64,000 nucleotides of DNA from Clostridia bacterium (GTDB lineage: Bacteria > Bacillota > Clostridia > Christensenellales > UBA1242), in NCBI GenBank assembly GCA_017467625.1, contig JAFUSN010000002.1, positions 5,008 to 69,007 of the forward strand, given 5' to 3'. Position 1 is the first letter of the stretch. Every line of letters starts with the position of its first letter. The notes beneath the pieces are model-generated. The model made no database searches. It was not told the DNA's origin and saw only the letters and a program-made list of their open reading frames with translations. Positions 1 through 8,407 of the stretch are shown in pieces. The translations under genes were made by a program, and so were the position numbers.

Positions 1-288
1 AATGTCATCCCATTCTTCTTGATAATCTGAAACGATAAGAAAGTCATAAAACTCTCCAATTTCAGTTATTTCATGGGTGATTGCATATACAGTGCAGTTG
101 TATTTTTGTTCAATCTCATTTTTCTTTTCAATTAGCTCAGGATTTTGCCAAGCCCAAAAGCCTCCAAATCCTTCAAAGTAGCAAACATTATCACTGTTTT
201 TAAAGCCATTTATGTATGGTTGATAAATATTCAATTTTTTCATAAGCTCAATAGCTTTTCCTTTTCTTTCTTCAATAGTTGTATTCAT
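1..288 (-). CDS. Hypothetical phage/ICE-type protein, runs off window edge (MNTTIEERKGKAIELMKKLNIY...)
   Basis: ATG at 288 with GGAG RBS; open to position 1; tandem with 302..715; not in ORF track. Confidence 0.7.
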   Translation of the reverse strand, partial: MNTTIEERKGKAIELMKKLNIYQPYINGFKNSDNVCYFEGFGGFWAWQNPELIEKKNEIEQKYNCTVYAITHEITEIGEFYDFLIVSDYQEEWDDI

Positions 289-301
289 AATTTTTTCTCC
301 T

Positions 302-715
302 TTATATACATTCTTGCAACTCTTCAAATTGCATTCCAATATTTCTTAATGTTTCTTCAAAGCCAAACCAAGCAAGTAAATTTTGATTGTAGTCATAATA
401 AGCTAATGGGTCTTCTTCATCCCATTTTTTGCCAAATAAGTCTTTTGGTGATGTTATTCCACAATCGTTCATTATTTCATAGAGAATATCGTTTATTTCT
501 TCTTGATATTTCTTGTAATACTTAACAGTGTCTGAATAATAAATAAGACTGCCAACGATTCCAGATTGACAGCCATAATGTAAAACATCAGTGAATATTG
601 ATTTTTTGTTGTCATAATTAGACCAATGTTCAATGACATAATTACAGACATTTTTAGTTAGTTCATTGTCTGTATTTTGTTTAATTGATTTAATGTTAGA
701 TAATGTAAGTTTCAT
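302..715 (-). CDS. Hypothetical phage/mobile-element-type protein (GCQSGIVGSLIYY motif)
   Basis: 137 aa ORF with AGGAG RBS; motif resembles small phage/ICE proteins from memory, not searched. Confidence 0.7.
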   Translation of the reverse strand: MKLTLSNIKSIKQNTDNELTKNVCNYVIEHWSNYDNKKSIFTDVLHYGCQSGIVGSLIYYSDTVKYYKKYQEEINDILYEIMNDCGITSPKDLFGKKWDEEDPLAYYDYNQNLLAWFGFEETLRNIGMQFEELQECI

Positions 716-727
716 TTTTAACTCCTT

Positions 728-1027
728 TTAATTTAGAACTCTTAACCAAATGTGGTAGTCAACTTCAATTTCGAGTTCGATTAGTTGACCTTTGTCGTTT
801 TCAAATTCGATTTCTTCATATTCAAAGAAACCACCTTTGAATTCGTTAGTAGTGCCAATAACTGGATGCAAAGATTTCATAACATCTTCATATCTGTGTT
901 CAACTTGATTGCCATCTCTATCTTTGTATTTAGTGATAAGGTCATTGCCATCAAGTATTCCATAACCAGTAAATCTGTATGAACCTTTTTTACAGTATCT
1001 AGTTATTCCATACTTAACTTTTTTCAT
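728..1027 (-). CDS. Hypothetical protein, first gene of leftward small-gene array
   Basis: 99 aa ORF, strong AAGGAGG RBS. Confidence 0.7.
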   Translation of the reverse strand: MKKVKYGITRYCKKGSYRFTGYGILDGNDLITKYKDRDGNQVEHRYEDVMKSLHPVIGTTNEFKGGFFEYEEIEFENDKGQLIELEIEVDYHIWLRVLN

Positions 1028-1038
1028 CTTCTTTTCCT

Positions 1039-1273
1039 CCTTATATTAAATTTGCCTTTTGGCAGCGGACAACTAGCATATTTCGGTAAGGAGTTTTTTA
1101 TTTTGTGTTTTAATGTAGTAGTCAACGATAAAGAAGAAAATATTGTGTTGGTATGAATAAAAAAGACCAGGTCAAAGACCTAGTCTAAATGAATTGTTTA
1201 AGCAATATTTTATTCCGTTTACTACTACGAGAAGTATGCTACAAAAGTCCACAACAAAAGCAAATATATAAGG
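1039..1273 (-). promoter_or_regulatory. Long nested imperfect inverted repeat upstream of 728..1027
   Basis: Paired segments 1039-46/1266-73, 1074-80/1235-41, 1115-22/1221-28, 1137-45/1203-11, apical stem 1164-86. Confidence 0.7.
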
Positions 1274-1297
1274 GGGTTTGTTGCTAGCAAAATTGCA

Positions 1298-1329
1298 ATA
1301 AAAAAGGTGAACCTTTTTAGATTCACCTT
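1298..1329 (-). terminator. Intrinsic terminator downstream of tRNA-Ser(GCT)
   Basis: aaggtgaa...ttcacctt stem with T-run on - strand. Confidence 0.65.
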
Positions 1330-1403
1330 ACTTAAAATTTATCACGCCTGCAACACCTTTTGTTAAAATATAAATTCCACAAGGGTTCAAACGCGATTGC
1401 ACT

Positions 1404-1494
1404 TGGCGGAGAGACCGGGATTCGAACCCGGGCGGCTATTTCTAACCCTACACCCTTAGCAGGGGCGCCTCTTCGGCCTCTTGAGTACCTCTCC
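1404..1494 (-). tRNA. tRNA-Ser (GCT)
   Basis: GGAGAGG acceptor 5' strand, anticodon loop CT-GCT-AA, long variable arm, GGTTCGAATCC T-arm, encoded CCA. Confidence 0.96.
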
Positions 1495-1826
1495 AAATTT
1501 TTTTATTTCATTTTTTTCTTCTTTTGCATTTAACATGGAACTTGTTGAGTATTACAAAAAAGTTGTGGTTGTTCAAAGTTTTTGCAACAGGTTATTGCTC
1601 CACATCAAAGCAATGCTTAATAACCACAATACACTTCGTGCACAAAAGTGTTGTTGTTCAACAATTAAGCGTTTTGATTATAACATACATAACTTCATTT
1701 ATTCAAGCGTTTTAATAAAATTTTCGGTTTTTTATATTTTGTCATTTTTTGGAAAATAGGTGTGTGATGCTTTGAGTTGCAAATTTTTGCTTTGTGTGAT
1801 ATAATGGTTGAGTTAAAGAAGGTTTT

Positions 1827-2468
1827 ATGTTTAAAAGAAGAAAATTAATAAAAAAATTAAATAAAAGTCCAGCCATGCGAGAGGCAAGGTCTCTTGACTA
1901 TGCGGATGACGGAAGGGTTCAAATTAATGTTGGAATTAAAGATGCTGAAGATTTTTTTACTCCATATTCATATAAAACTTATGAGCTTTTGAATCCTAGC
2001 GTTGTTGATTATATTAATATGTGCGAAGCATCAATCCCTCAAACAGAGGAAATTTCACTTGATGTTTACACTGAAAACCCAACAACTAATGCCGAAAAAA
2101 CAAGAATAAGAAAATCGGTTAAAAGGTATCATGCTGAACAGATTGTTATTATTAACAGTAAATTAAAAAAGAATTTACTATTTGGTCTTGCATCTTGCTT
2201 TATTGGAGTGGCTCTTTTGGTTTTGGAAGCGTTTTTCTTTAAAGTTTATGCTAATGTTTATTTAGACACAATTATGGCTGTTGTTGGATGGTTGTTTTTG
2301 TGGGATGGGCTTGAAATTATGCTTTCTGAAAGAAGTGAGCTCATTAGATTAAAGATTAGAAGTTTGAGACTTATGAATGCAAAAGTGCATGTTCGACAAT
2401 ATGACCGAAAAATTCAACGAGAATATGGTTTTGGTGAATATGAAGAAGATGAAGAAGATGATGAATAA
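1827..2468 (+). CDS. Hypothetical membrane protein (2 TM, acidic tail)
   Basis: 213 aa ORF; TGATATAAT extended -10 at 1797-1805. Confidence 0.8.
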   Translation: MFKRRKLIKKLNKSPAMREARSLDYADDGRVQINVGIKDAEDFFTPYSYKTYELLNPSVVDYINMCEASIPQTEEISLDVYTENPTTNAEKTRIRKSVKRYHAEQIVIINSKLKKNLLFGLASCFIGVALLVLEAFFFKVYANVYLDTIMAVVGWLFLWDGLEIMLSERSELIRLKIRSLRLMNAKVHVRQYDRKIQREYGFGEYEEDEEDDE

Positions 2469-2749
2469 CTTATTTATTTTTTCTTGACACTGAACATCAT
2501 CTTGATTATAATTGTTCTCGTTTGTGGTTGTTGGAGTATTTTTAACTGTTTTGGCAAACCCCAATTCCCCTAAATTTATGTTTCTACCACACAAATTCCA
2601 CAAAATGCCAAAAATTCAGTTAAAAGATTTATTCAACAATAAGGTGGTAAAACACTCCTTTTTTGAAGAGAATTATCTCTTCTTTTTTTATAAATTTTTT
2701 TATGATACTTGCAAGTGTTATTTTGTTTATGCTATAATCAAAAAGCAGT

Positions 2750-2838
2750 GCAGAGATGGCAGAGCGGTTTAATGCAGTCGCTTGGAAAGCGGCCGTAGTT
2801 CAAAGCTACCACAGGTTCGAATCCTGCTCTCTGCGCCA
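2750..2838 (+). tRNA. tRNA-Ser (GGA)
   Basis: GCAGAGA/TCTCTGC acceptor stem, anticodon loop TT-GGA-AA, long variable arm, encoded CCA; TTGCAA...TGCTATAAT promoter upstream. Confidence 0.95.
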
Positions 2839-2841
2839 AGG

Positions 2842-2985
2842 CTCCAGGCTAACTGCTTGGGATATCAAAAGTCACCACAAATAGTGGTGGCTTTTTCAAT
2901 TCAGAGCCTTGCGCCAAACTGGCACCAAACGAAAATCTTTTTCCAACGAAAAATCTTTTGTGCCAACTTATGAGTGGTTTGTTTA
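2842..2985 (+). repeat. Dispersed structured repeat, copy 1
   Basis: 2919-2974 matches reverse complement of 28612-28667 at 53/56; weaker similarity extends over ~140 bp. Confidence 0.85.
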
Positions 2986-3058
2986 ATTAAATGGAAATAT
3001 TTTAAAAAATTTTACATTATGCATCTAATTTGTTAAAATACAACTAGGAGAAATTATA

Positions 3059-3796
3059 GTGAATATTGATGAAAATTTTTTTAATGCAAAAACTGCAAAA
3101 CAAAACCCAGAAACAATTGACGAAATTTTAACAAAAAATGAAAAAGTTTTGTTTCGTTCAAAACCAAAAAAAAGCGCACATATTGCAGAGGCGTTTTTCA
3201 ATATGCTTCCATTTGTAATCATTTGGCTCTTGTTTGACGGATTTGCAATTTTTATGATTATATCAAATGGTATTGGTGAAAATGCACCTGGGCCATTTAC
3301 AATTTTTATTATTGGATTTTTCATGTTACATTTAATGCCGGTTTGGATTTGGATTTATGGAATTATAAAAGCAACAGCTGGCTACAAAAACATAGAGTAT
3401 GTTTTTACAGATAAACGAATTATTATTCGTGAGGGAATTTTTAAACTTCAGTTTGTGGTTATTAAATATAACACAATTAAAAAGCTAGACCTTAAAAAAA
3501 GTTTTTCTGATAAGCTCATTGGTGTTGGTGATATAGAAATAAAATACAATGACAACCAAAGTGCAATGATTTATGATATTGAGAACCCGGCATTTATTTT
3601 GAATAAACTAAGAGAAATTACTAGCGAAAGCAAACTTCAAATTGAATATCCATCTCAAATTAAACCAGAAACAACTGAAGAAAAATTGCAAAACAAGCAC
3701 AAGGTGCAATTATATAAATGTCCAAATTGCGGAGCAAATAGACGAAAAGGTGAGGATGAATGTACATATTGTGGATACAACTATCCAAAATATTAA
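3059..3796 (+). CDS. Bacterial PH-domain membrane protein with C-terminal zinc ribbon
   Basis: 2 TM helices, YVFTDKRIIIREG (bPH-like), CPNC...CTYC. Confidence 0.75.
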   Translation: MNIDENFFNAKTAKQNPETIDEILTKNEKVLFRSKPKKSAHIAEAFFNMLPFVIIWLLFDGFAIFMIISNGIGENAPGPFTIFIIGFFMLHLMPVWIWIYGIIKATAGYKNIEYVFTDKRIIIREGIFKLQFVVIKYNTIKKLDLKKSFSDKLIGVGDIEIKYNDNQSAMIYDIENPAFILNKLREITSESKLQIEYPSQIKPETTEEKLQNKHKVQLYKCPNCGANRRKGEDECTYCGYNYPKY

Positions 3797-3861
3797 AATC
3801 TAGGCGAATGCCTAGATTTTGTTTTTTATTTTAAAAGATAATGTTATAATTTTAGTAGAGG

Positions 3862-4407
3862 GTGACTATGGAAATAAAAAAACAATGTGAAAAACTGACA
3901 ACTGAATTTATAAAAGAAGCAAAGCTTGTTCCGGGCAGCTTGGTTGTTTTGGGGTGTTCAACAAGTGAGGTTGTTGGAAGCAAAATTGGAACAAATTCAA
4001 ATTTTGAAGTTGCTTGTGAAATTTTTGATGGGGTTTATACTATTTTAAAAAAGAATAAAATTGAACTAGCGGTTCAATGTTGTGAACATTTAAACAGAAC
4101 AATTGTTGTGGAGCGCAAAAACGCATGCGGTTTGGACATTGTTAATGCAGTGCCACAAATTCATGCTGGTGGATCTATGGCAACGATAACATACCAAAAA
4201 TTTAAAGAGCCTGTTTTAGTTGAAGAAATTAAAGCAGATGCAGGAATTGATATTGGAAACACATTGATTGGAATGCATTTAAAAAAGGTGGCTGTTCCAC
4301 TTAGGCTTCAAACCAAAAAAATTGGAGAAGCAAATGTGGTGTGTGCGAGAACTCGTCCAAAATATATTGGTGGCGAAAGAGCCGTTTATGACAAAAATTT
4401 AATGTAG
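3862..4407 (+). CDS. ywlG: YwlG / TIGR01440 (DUF436) family protein
   Basis: GCSTSEV, QCCEHLNR, AGIDIGNTLIGMHLK, TRPKYIGG motifs. Confidence 0.85.
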   Translation: MTMEIKKQCEKLTTEFIKEAKLVPGSLVVLGCSTSEVVGSKIGTNSNFEVACEIFDGVYTILKKNKIELAVQCCEHLNRTIVVERKNACGLDIVNAVPQIHAGGSMATITYQKFKEPVLVEEIKADAGIDIGNTLIGMHLKKVAVPLRLQTKKIGEANVVCARTRPKYIGGERAVYDKNLM

Positions 4408-4414
4408 GTGGAAA

Positions 4415-5077
4415 ATGGTTGAATCAAAACCTTGGAAATGGGAAATTGTTGATAAAGACGATAAATATTGGAATACTCCAGCGGAAGAGGTGTTTTTTCT
4501 TGCTTCAAAGTGGAAAGACAAGGGATTTAAAACATGTTTAGATATGGGCTGCGGATTTGGACGTAATGCAATTTATTTAGCAAAAAACGGTTTTGCTGTT
4601 TTTGCGTTTGATTTATCTGCAAAAAGCGTTGAACACACGCTAAAAAAAGCAGAAGAAAATAGAGTTCAACTTAAAAGAGTTGAAGTTGCAGACATGCTCA
4701 ATTTGCCGTATGAAAACAATTCGTTTGACTGCGCACTTGCAATGAATGTTATTTCACATACTGACACTAATGGATTTAACCAAATTTTAAGAGAAATTAA
4801 AAGAGTTCTTAAACCAGGCGGAGAAGTTTACTTTACCGTGGGTTCAAAAGAATCATTTTGGTTTAATAACCCTGCCTGTATTCCAGTTGATGAAAACACA
4901 AAAATAAGAGTTGAAGACGGACCAGAAAATGGAATTCCGCACTTTTATATTGGTGATGAAGATTGTTTTACTATGTTTAATGACTTCACAATTATTGATA
5001 TTCGCAATGTTCGCAAATTGACGGATTATGGAAATTTTAGTCCACATTATCACATTTGGCTAAAAAAAGAGAACTAA
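4415..5077 (+). CDS. Class I SAM-dependent methyltransferase
   Basis: LDMGCGFGRN motif I, RVLKPGG. Confidence 0.9.
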   Translation: MVESKPWKWEIVDKDDKYWNTPAEEVFFLASKWKDKGFKTCLDMGCGFGRNAIYLAKNGFAVFAFDLSAKSVEHTLKKAEENRVQLKRVEVADMLNLPYENNSFDCALAMNVISHTDTNGFNQILREIKRVLKPGGEVYFTVGSKESFWFNNPACIPVDENTKIRVEDGPENGIPHFYIGDEDCFTMFNDFTIIDIRNVRKLTDYGNFSPHYHIWLKKEN

Positions 5078-5160
5078 TGAATATTAGAGAATTTTTAAAC
5101 AAAATTGTTTATGTTAAAATTGATAGAAAACTTGGAAGTGCACATCCAAAGCATGGGATC
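5077..5160 (+). pseudogene. Truncated inorganic pyrophosphatase-like N-terminus
   Basis: TAATG-coupled ORF MNIREFLNKIVYVKIDRKLGSAHPKHG, then runs into a terminator hairpin. Confidence 0.6.
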
Positions 5161-5176
5161 AAAATAAAATCCACCA

Positions 5177-5722
5177 TTAGTTTGGTGGATTTTTTCTTGG
5201 CTTTTCATGCAAATCTAGAAAGTTTTGCTTAATTATTGGCATATTTTTGCGGATTTTTATTTTAATTATTTCAATAAAAATCAATATAATTGTCATTAAA
5301 AGTGAAAGGATTGCAAAAATAATTGTTGAAAAGTTTGTTTGACCAGTTGTCATAAACGCACTTATTGCTGTGACAATTGAAAGAATAAAATTTATTATTT
5401 GAATTATATATTTTAAAAAATATGTTGCACTTTGAAAGTTTTTTAACCGAAACTTCATTTTTTTTAAGTTTCCAAAACTAATTACAATTAAAATTAAAAA
5501 TATAATGACATAGGCAATTAAAAGGTAAACTATAAAATTTGAAAGGAAATTTTTACTTGCCTGATTGTAAATTACAAAAAGGGTGTATGAGGAATATAAA
5601 ATTACAGAAAGCACAGTCAAAACGAAAAAGAAAATATCTTTTCCGGAAAACTTTTCTTCAGTTACATCTTCTTTTGGCGTTTCTGCAATTTTTGATTCTT
5701 TTGTCTTTTTTTTGAATAACAT
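5177..5722 (-). CDS. Hypothetical 4-TM membrane protein
   Basis: Start moved to ATG 5722, 6 nt below TATAAT with TTGCAA -35 (leaderless). Confidence 0.75.
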   Translation of the reverse strand: MLFKKKTKESKIAETPKEDVTEEKFSGKDIFFFVLTVLSVILYSSYTLFVIYNQASKNFLSNFIVYLLIAYVIIFLILIVISFGNLKKMKFRLKNFQSATYFLKYIIQIINFILSIVTAISAFMTTGQTNFSTIIFAILSLLMTIILIFIEIIKIKIRKNMPIIKQNFLDLHEKPRKNPPN

Positions 5723-5810
5723 ACTAAAATTATAAAACAATTGTTGCAATTTTGCAAATTATTGGATTAACAACTGTTGTTAATTCAATAATTTATGTTA
5801 TAATAAATTT

Positions 5811-7574
5811 ATGGAAAAAGAAAAACTGATTGATTTAAAAAGAAAAAAAGTGTCAACAAAAAACCTTAGAAAAGTTTTGCCACTTTATTTTAAGCATAAA
5901 AAATTAATTTTACCGACAATGCTTTTTATTTTAATTTCCGGTGTGCTTGGAATTATGCAGCCAATTTTTTCAGCCAATGCTTTGGCCGCGCTTGCTGATG
6001 CAAATTTTGAATTGGCAATAAAAAACATGATTATTATGGTGGCTTTTAGTTTGGGTAGAATGTTGTTTAACGCGCTTGATGAATATTTTTATGTTAAAAT
6101 TGTATTGAAAATTAGGTATGAGTTGACGGACCAAGTGGTTTGTGCAATTAACAGGACACAAATGAAACAACTTGATGGCACAAGCCTGGGTTCACTTGCT
6201 GACCGTCTTTCAAGTGATGTTATGAAGGTTAGTGATGTTTATCTTGATTTAATTAACTTATTTTTTAATATCTTAACAAATATTGTTTTCTTGGTTTATA
6301 TTGCTTACTTGAACATTTATATGTTCTTAATAATTTTTGCGTATGTTATAATTTTATATATAATTTGCACAATTAGTTCAAGACTATGGATTCGTGGTAG
6401 AAAAATTGTAAAAAGTGCAAATGATGAAGCAAGAACCTCATATTTTGAGCAAATTACAGGCATTCGTGACGCAAAACTTTTAAATATTTCAAATGAGCTT
6501 ACATCATTTTCAAATTCAAAACACAAAAGAGCAATTGAAATTGAAGAAAAAGTTGCACTTAAAAGAAACCTAATGCGAAGGTGTCAAACCCTTGTTACTG
6601 CAATTTTTGAACTTTCATTTTTACTTGCAGGTGTTGCGTTTGTGAAAGCAGATGCAATTACTATTGCTGGGCTTTTAATAATTTATATGTATCAAGGAAG
6701 AGTTGGTGGAATTGTTTCGTATTTATCAACAATAAAAGAATATAAAGCGGATGGTGAAATTGCAGCAACCAGAATTTATGAAATTATTGAAGACTATGAT
6801 AAAGAATCATTTGGAACAAATGAAATTAAAAACTTTTCAGGAAAAATTGAATTTTCACATGTAAATTTTGGCTATTTTGACGCACCAGTTTTAAAAGATT
6901 TGTCAATGAAATTTGAACCTGGGAAAATTACTGCCATTGTTGGAAAGAGTGGTTCGGGGAAAACCACAATTTTAAGTTTAATTTCAAAACTTTATAATAC
7001 TTCAAGCGGTGAAATTTTGTTTGATGAAAATGAAATAAAAACGCTTACAGAAAGTTCAATTCGTGGAAATGTTGGTGAGGTTTCACAAATGCCATACATT
7101 TTTAATGCAAGTGTTAGGCAAAACCTTTTATTTGTTAAGCCTGAGGCGAGCGAAAGAGAAATTATTAAAGTGCTCAAGCAAGCGCAAATTTATGATGATG
7201 TTAAGAAGATGCCGAATGGACTTGACACTGAAATTGGTGAAAATGGAGTTAAACTTTCAGGTGGACAAAGGCAGAGAATTGCTATTGCTAGGCTGCTTTT
7301 AAAGAACAGCAAAGTGATTGTTTTTGATGAAGCAACAAGCGCTCTTGACAACACGAGGCAAAATGAAATTGTTGATTTACTTGATAAACTAAAAGAAAAT
7401 AAAACAATTATTATTGTTGCACACAGGCTTTCTACTATTGTTGGAAGTGACCAAATTTATATGCTTGAAGATGGAAAAGTTATTGCAAGTGGAAATCATA
7501 CATTTTTGATGCAAAATTCAAAAGAATATAGTGAATTATATAAACTTGAAGAAGAAAGTGCAAAAATAAATTAA
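5811..7574 (+). CDS. ABC exporter, fused permease/ATPase (MsbA-like)
   Basis: TM domain, GKSGSGKT Walker A, LSGGQ signature, VFDE Walker B. Confidence 0.95.
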   Translation: MEKEKLIDLKRKKVSTKNLRKVLPLYFKHKKLILPTMLFILISGVLGIMQPIFSANALAALADANFELAIKNMIIMVAFSLGRMLFNALDEYFYVKIVLKIRYELTDQVVCAINRTQMKQLDGTSLGSLADRLSSDVMKVSDVYLDLINLFFNILTNIVFLVYIAYLNIYMFLIIFAYVIILYIICTISSRLWIRGRKIVKSANDEARTSYFEQITGIRDAKLLNISNELTSFSNSKHKRAIEIEEKVALKRNLMRRCQTLVTAIFELSFLLAGVAFVKADAITIAGLLIIYMYQGRVGGIVSYLSTIKEYKADGEIAATRIYEIIEDYDKESFGTNEIKNFSGKIEFSHVNFGYFDAPVLKDLSMKFEPGKITAIVGKSGSGKTTILSLISKLYNTSSGEILFDENEIKTLTESSIRGNVGEVSQMPYIFNASVRQNLLFVKPEASEREIIKVLKQAQIYDDVKKMPNGLDTEIGENGVKLSGGQRQRIAIARLLLKNSKVIVFDEATSALDNTRQNEIVDLLDKLKENKTIIIVAHRLSTIVGSDQIYMLEDGKVIASGNHTFLMQNSKEYSELYKLEEESAKIN

Positions 7575-7670
7575 AAATAACAAAAAATATTAAAAAAATA
7601 CAGAAATTTATCAATATTGACAATCGAAGTAAATTATGGTATATTGAAACTAGTTTAAGGGGAAAAATAT

Positions 7671-8384
7671 ATGGTGAAAATCACTAAAAATTTATCTGGA
7701 TTTTGGGGAAGATTTGATAGCTCTGACAAAAATCAGTATAATGCATATTTAAAAGACTTTTGTGAAATTATTTCAAATGGAAACAAAAATGTAGAAAAAA
7801 TTGCGAAAGAGCTTTTTGGTTTTGTTGAATATGATCAAGATAAAAGAGAAGTTTTAACATATTTAGTTGATGAGCTTCGTTTTCGTGGTGAAAATTTTGC
7901 TGAATTTATTCAGCACAATTATTCAGACGAAAAAGCTTCAGTCATTGCCTTTAAGTTGATAACAAGTTTAAGTGAATGGTATTATCATCAAAAAGTTGAT
8001 GTGTTTCATAATCCACCAAAATTGGTTGAAGCAGTTTATGTTCAGGGACAAGATGATGGAATTAGCAGAGAAACCTTTGAAAAGAAAATATATAGTGATG
8101 AAGACAAGAGGCTTGCCGGACTTAGTGAACGGGAAATTGCATTTGAAAGAGTTTCCGCTGGAGACATGGAAGCTAGATATATTATTGAACTTTTGTACTG
8201 TGAACTGAAAGGAACAAAAAACGAAGATGTTTTGAATGCATTTTTAAATCCAAATCCAATAATGTGCGGGTCAACGCTTTCAATTTTGTTTAATCACAGC
8301 AGCAAAGGAAATATTAAAAAATTTGTGAAACTTGTTAGACAAGAAATGGAACAAGCTCAGAAAGATAATAAAATTTTAATATAA
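7671..8384 (+). CDS. Orphan hypothetical protein
   Basis: 237 aa; own TTGACA...TGGTATATT promoter, GGGG RBS, terminator at 8383-8409. Confidence 0.8.
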   Translation: MVKITKNLSGFWGRFDSSDKNQYNAYLKDFCEIISNGNKNVEKIAKELFGFVEYDQDKREVLTYLVDELRFRGENFAEFIQHNYSDEKASVIAFKLITSLSEWYYHQKVDVFHNPPKLVEAVYVQGQDDGISRETFEKKIYSDEDKRLAGLSEREIAFERVSAGDMEARYIIELLYCELKGTKNEDVLNAFLNPNPIMCGSTLSILFNHSSKGNIKKFVKLVRQEMEQAQKDNKILI

Positions 8385-8407
8385 AAAGAGTGGACTTTCC
8401 ACTCTTT

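Larger units (their letters stand above)
1..1403. mobile_element. Probable edge of an integrated element (ICE/prophage) next to the tRNA-Ser(GCT) 3' end
   Basis: Small orphan gene array beside a tRNA 3' end; no integrase or second att site in the window. Confidence 0.45.

Noticed and set aside
2750-2838. tRNA-Ser(GGA) with a GCA 5' end and one T-stem mismatch as a pseudo-tRNA
   Set aside because: Acceptor stem fully pairs, and CCA and promoter are intact
1481-2973. ORFs 1481..1759, 1524..1715, 2512..2772, 2782..2973
   Set aside because: They overlap tRNAs, promoters or repeats and lack coding features
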